From NCBI GenBank assembly GCA_964532225.1, contig CAZHHM010000005.1, positions 12,100-76,099 on the forward strand: a DNA stretch of 64,000 nt, given 5' to 3'. Made by a program: the position numbers and the translations under genes. The stretch comes from an uncultured bacterium. GTDB lineage: Bacteria > Margulisbacteria > WOR-1 > JAKLHX01. This document shows positions 60,399 through 64,000 of the stretch, in pieces. Numbering within the stretch: the first letter of the stretch is position 1; each line of letters opens with the position of its first letter. Under the pieces are notes generated by a model. That model was not told the DNA's origin. It worked only from the letters and a program-made list of their open reading frames with translations, and searched no databases.

Positions 60399-61567
60399 CA
60401 GATCACCTCTATCTCTGCGTTAAGGGCTCCGGCAGCCCTTATCGCTTGCAGTATGGATATCATGTCCTTGGCATTGGCGCCGATAGCGTTCAATGCGCGG
60501 ACAAGGTCCCTGAGGCTTGCAGCGTCCCTGACAACGGTCAGGTCCTTGTTCTTCTCTCTTACCCTGACACTTGTCGAAAGGGACCCGTAAGCGCTCTGGT
60601 TCAGGTTCACATTGCCTATCGAAACCTCATAATTGCCGTAGGTCACGGCGACAGGAGCTATCCTTATGTTCTCGCCGATCACGACCGTCCCAGTCCTTTC
60701 GTTGATCACTATCTTGGCCTTTATATCGGGAACGACAGTAAGGTTCTCTATCCTTGAGACCGCCGATATCATGTCCTGCCCTGAAGGGATCACAACTACG
60801 ATCGACGCCGCGTCATCGGCTTTTGTGTCGTATCCCGCCTGAGCGATAGAGTAGGCCACTCTGGATGCTGTAGTAAAATCAGGTTCGTTAAGTTCGATAT
60901 AGAAAGCGCTGGCGTTCGAGGCGGTATCCTGCGTCCCTGCCGATGTAAGCTTCACCTGATAGCTGCTCGGGACTTCCTTTTCGACTATCGCGCCTCCCGG
61001 AAGCCTTCCTGATGTGGTCACCTCGCTGTTAAGTGGCATGAAGCTCGATCCAGAGACACCGCCAAGGGACACGCTGCCCTGCGCGACCGCATAGACCTGG
61101 CCGTCCAGGCCCTGCAGAGGCGTCGCAAGCAGGGTGCCTCCTCTGAGGCTGGTAGCGTCGCCCAAAGATGAAACGGTCACATCGATCTTTTGCCCCGGCT
61201 TGACGAATGCCGGCAGGTTGGCGGTTACCATTACGGCCGCCACGTTCTTTGACTTGAACTCTTTGTTTGTCGGGACGTTGGTAAGATTGTAGATCGGGTT
61301 CGTCACGGACCTGCTGGTAGGTGCAGGGGTGCTTATCCCCATCTGCGACAACAGGTTGGTCAGCGCTTGTTTAGTGAACTCGGTCTGCGTGCTGTCGCCC
61401 GTCTGCTTGAGGCCCACCACAAGACCGAAACCCATTATCTGGTTATCCCTGGCATCCCTGACCTGGGCTATGTCCTTTATCCTTACGGGCGGCGATGCGG
61501 CAAGACCTGCCTGTGCCAGTATGATCAAAGCCAGGACCCCGGCGATCGATCTCATTTTATTTCTCAA
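60398..61567 (-). CDS. flgI: Flagellar P-ring protein FlgI
   Basis: Signal peptide, then RIKDIAQVRDARDNQIMGFGLVVGLKQTGD. Confidence 0.9.
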   Translation of the reverse strand: MRNKMRSIAGVLALIILAQAGLAASPPVRIKDIAQVRDARDNQIMGFGLVVGLKQTGDSTQTEFTKQALTNLLSQMGISTPAPTSRSVTNPIYNLTNVPTNKEFKSKNVAAVMVTANLPAFVKPGQKIDVTVSSLGDATSLRGGTLLATPLQGLDGQVYAVAQGSVSLGGVSGSSFMPLNSEVTTSGRLPGGAIVEKEVPSSYQVKLTSAGTQDTASNASAFYIELNEPDFTTASRVAYSIAQAGYDTKADDAASIVVVIPSGQDMISAVSRIENLTVVPDIKAKIVINERTGTVVIGENIRIAPVAVTYGNYEVSIGNVNLNQSAYGSLSTSVRVREKNKDLTVVRDAASLRDLVRALNAIGANAKDMISILQAIRAAGALNAEIEVI

Positions 61568-61578
61568 ATCCGTTCTCC

Positions 61579-62172
61579 TTAGAACAGCCAGTTAAGGAAC
61601 CTTATGAACAGGCCCGGAGAAGATGCTTCTCCGACAGTTCCCTGCCCTTTTACCGCGACCGTAGAGTCAGCGACCTGATATGAATACACCGTATTGTAGC
61701 CTGTTATGTCATTGGGCCTTACAGAACCCTCGATACTGATCTCCTGTACCTCATCGTTGACAGAGACTTTGTGCGTCCCGGAAATGAAAAGGTTCTTGTT
61801 CGGAAGCACCTTTTTTACCGTGACCGCGATAATTGCAAGCACATTGCTCGTCCTTGTGGTCGAGCCTAGCCCCTTAAAAACGTTGGACCCTGAACCCTGG
61901 ACCGAATTGCTCGGGCCGATGACGCCGTTAAGCCTTTCGATCGTATGCGTAAGATTGACGCTGAGATTGTCCTGGTTCTGCGTGTCCGTTCCCGATTTCT
62001 GCACTGCTGACGTCGATTCGACCACCAGTACGTTGATGATATCCCCGATCTTGTAATTCCTCTGGACAGAATAAGGCGAAGTGGAGTTCTCGCTCCACAG
62101 TGAGTTCGAAACGGAAGGACCCGATAACGTGAACAGCAAAACCAACAGAAGGAGCATTTTGAGCTTGCTCAT
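61579..62172 (-). CDS. flgH: Flagellar L-ring protein FlgH
   Basis: Signal peptide. SLWSEN...YKIGDIINVLVVE signature. Confidence 0.85.
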   Translation of the reverse strand: MSKLKMLLLLVLLFTLSGPSVSNSLWSENSTSPYSVQRNYKIGDIINVLVVESTSAVQKSGTDTQNQDNLSVNLTHTIERLNGVIGPSNSVQGSGSNVFKGLGSTTRTSNVLAIIAVTVKKVLPNKNLFISGTHKVSVNDEVQEISIEGSVRPNDITGYNTVYSYQVADSTVAVKGQGTVGEASSPGLFIRFLNWLF

Positions 62173-62182
62173 TTTCCCTCCT

Positions 62183-62539
62183 CTATATCAGCTGCTTGAT
62201 CCTGTTCCTGTCGTCCACAAGGACGATCCTGGGCTTGAAACCCTTGAGCTGCGTCTCGTCAACGCAGCCGTATGATATGACGATAAGAAGGTCCCCGACA
62301 TTGCCCATCCTTGCGGCCCCGCCGTTCAGGCAGATGGTGCCTGTTCCGCTCTTGCCGGATATGACATATGTCTCGAACCGGTTGCCGTTGTTCACGTCGA
62401 CGACCTGCACCTTTTCGTACTCGGCTATGTCAGCCGCGTCCAGGAGGTCCTGGTCGATAGTGATGCTACCCTCATAGTCGAGGTTAGCTTCCGTGACTTT
62501 CGGCCTGTGTATCTTTGCCCTGCACATCTGGCGCATCAT
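62183..62539 (-). CDS. panD: Aspartate 1-decarboxylase
   Basis: MMRQMCRAKIHRPKVTEANLDYEGSITID (self-processing G-S site). Confidence 0.85.
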   Translation of the reverse strand: MMRQMCRAKIHRPKVTEANLDYEGSITIDQDLLDAADIAEYEKVQVVDVNNGNRFETYVISGKSGTGTICLNGGAARMGNVGDLLIVISYGCVDETQLKGFKPRIVLVDDRNRIKQLI

Positions 62540-63243
62540 TGGACTTCCACCTCGTTCTGTGTAATCACCTTACCAGTAATTATCTTACCAGAATCTTTAT
62601 TTATTAACTTGACTATTTTGCCCAAATACGCATCTTCCGAAAGTGCTCCTTTGGTCTTTATCCGTACGTCCTGCATGGAGATAGACACGTACATCATCTC
62701 CCCTTTTCTGGCCACCGGGATATCCCTTACCATCCACTCTAGGAGCACCGTACCTGCAGGAACAAATGTCGCGGATTCCTTTCCGACAGCCAGAGAAAGG
62801 TCGGAGATCACCGAGGACGGCAGCCTTGAAAGATCGCGCTTTTCCGTCCGGACGTCCTGAGCAGTTATCTTTTTGCCCTTTGCGAGCTTCACGGCAGCCA
62901 CTGCGACGCTCTTCCTGACAGCCGAATACACCTTCAGGTCCATCCTCCGGAGCAAGTCACCGGAAAGATAGAATTCCACGGGCACGTTGATCTTGCCGTG
63001 CATTCTCTTGTTCTGAGGAATCTCGACCTTGATATCCGCGTTCACCGGGATACCTTTGAGCGCGGCCTTATCGTAGCTTATGACCTTTACGTCAAAATCC
63101 TGGTCCAGCAATGAAGGGTCCGTTTCGAGCATTTCAGCGCTGATCGCCGACTCCACTTTTGACAGTTCAAGAGAAAAGACGGGGCAGCAGAAAAAGACGG
63201 CCAGCATTACCGCAGAGGCCAGTATTGCGGCCGGTCTTTTCAT
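62536..63243 (-). CDS. flgA: Flagellar basal-body P-ring formation protein FlgA
   Basis: Signal peptide. SAF-like C-terminal domain. Confidence 0.7.
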   Translation of the reverse strand: MKRPAAILASAVMLAVFFCCPVFSLELSKVESAISAEMLETDPSLLDQDFDVKVISYDKAALKGIPVNADIKVEIPQNKRMHGKINVPVEFYLSGDLLRRMDLKVYSAVRKSVAVAAVKLAKGKKITAQDVRTEKRDLSRLPSSVISDLSLAVGKESATFVPAGTVLLEWMVRDIPVARKGEMMYVSISMQDVRIKTKGALSEDAYLGKIVKLINKDSGKIITGKVITQNEVEVQ

Positions 63244-64000
63244 TTAGCTTTTCATCCTTTCAACAGAAGTGAGCATCCCCTCGTAAGACTGGACAGCTTT
63301 TGTCACTGTATCAAAGACCCTTTGTATCATGATCATCCGCATCATCTCCGATACAACATCGACATTGGACTGCTCAAGAGACGACTGCTGTATCGAACCG
63401 AAACCTTCATCCCCGGCGCTGCCGATGATAGGCTCTCCGGAAGAAGCGCTCGCTGCATATATGTTCTGCCCCAGAGCTTTAAGCCCTGAAGGGTTCGCGA
63501 ACTTTGCCAAAGATATCTGACCGACCTGGCTCATTGAGAGTGAGTTGTTCGTCGCGGCATACACGGTCCCGTCAGTCTTTATCAGAACGCTCGTTGTGCC
63601 CTGAGGGAGCACGATAGGCGGATCGAGCAGCCTTCCGTTGGGGTCGACTATGTTGCCTTCGTTGTCGGCATGGAAGTTCCCCGCCCTTGAATATACGTTC
63701 GTACCGTCGGCCATCTTAAGCTGGAAGAAACCTTCTCCCTCTATGGCGACATCAAGAGGGTTCCCTGTCGTCTCGATGGAGCCCTGAGTGAAGTCCTTGG
63801 GAGTCGACACGACACGGACGCCTGTACCGTACTCCGTGGCCTTTACCGCGTTCTGGTCCGTGATCGCGTCGCTCAGGTATTTGGAAAAATCCTTTTCCGT
63901 GTAGAACATGCTCTCTTTTTCGGTCCTTCCCTTCTTGAAGCCTACCGTCCTTGCGTTGGAAAGATTGTTCGTGATATCGGTCATCTCGTCCTGAAAAGCG
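63244..64000 (-). CDS. flgG: Flagellar basal-body rod protein FlgG (5' end beyond window)
   Basis: C-terminal SNVDVVSEMMRMIMIQRVFD rod signature. The ORF runs off the window edge, with the N-terminal rod motif upstream of 64000. Confidence 0.8.
   Translation of the reverse strand, partial: AFQDEMTDITNNLSNARTVGFKKGRTEKESMFYTEKDFSKYLSDAITDQNAVKATEYGTGVRVVSTPKDFTQGSIETTGNPLDVAIEGEGFFQLKMADGTNVYSRAGNFHADNEGNIVDPNGRLLDPPIVLPQGTTSVLIKTDGTVYAATNNSLSMSQVGQISLAKFANPSGLKALGQNIYAASASSGEPIIGSAGDEGFGSIQQSSLEQSNVDVVSEMMRMIMIQRVFDTVTKAVQSYEGMLTSVERMKS

Overview
Dense bacterial chromosomal window, with roughly 75 genes called. Coordinates of ORFs follow the supplied six-frame track. Features not based on an ORF (tRNAs, repeats, hairpins) were located by eye and may be off by 1-2 nt.

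The contents point to a flagellated diderm whose outer membrane is probably tethered by an SLH-domain porin. LptF/G and the flagellar L and P rings (flgH, flgI) are present.

Housekeeping blocks, in order:
- Nitrogen module on the minus strand: a GAF sigma-54 activator and a PAS histidine kinase, then a small secreted protein, amtB and glnK.
- thrS.
- An ilvB-ilvH-ilvC-dxr operon interrupted by small palindromic repeat elements.
- lipA, an aminotransferase, pdxA, rsmA and a HAD phosphatase, then ruvA-ruvC.
- plsY, gpsA and hflX, then DAHP synthase, AroH chorismate mutase and birA.
- An envelope cluster: SLH porin, GT28, galE, GT4, a large TPR protein and an LptF/G permease.
- rpsU, HIT, ricT, holB and relA/spoT, then proS and glyS.
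- One long minus-strand flagellar basal-body operon, running (high to low coordinate) flgG(partial)-flgA-panD-flgH-flgI-rod-binding protein-fliA-flgB-flgC-fliE-fliF-short FliG-like-fliH-fliI.

The accessory part of the window is about 21.7-29.2 kb. Four minus-strand tRNA genes (Leu-TAG, Lys-CTT, Arg-CCG, Arg-TCG) are interleaved with plus-strand orphan ORFs that carry no recognisable housekeeping motifs:
- a 431-aa (from the SD-supported ATG) hydrophobic protein;
- a 144-aa LysM protein translationally coupled to it;
- a 785-aa helical protein;
- a 389-aa secreted protein;
- a 495-aa protein whose C-terminal half shows LOG/SLOG-type Rossmann motifs.
78-bp tandem repeats next to tRNA-Lys re-copy the tRNA 5' end. 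No integrase or transposase is visible.

A second LysM module lies at 12.4-15.3 kb. It is an 855-aa (from the predicted start) Gly/Ser/Asn-rich protein with a LysM domain and a YkuD-like L,D-transpeptidase catalytic motif, followed by a small LysM protein. Its LysM is paralogous to the island LysM protein.

A family of C/T-rich palindromic repeats (TCCCTCTCCCTTA-loop-TAAGGGAGAGGGA type) occurs at four or more sites. One is a 3 x 46-bp tandem array that extends a DUF559 ORF and sits immediately upstream of thrS.

I found no rRNA, no CRISPR array and no clear mobile-element genes.
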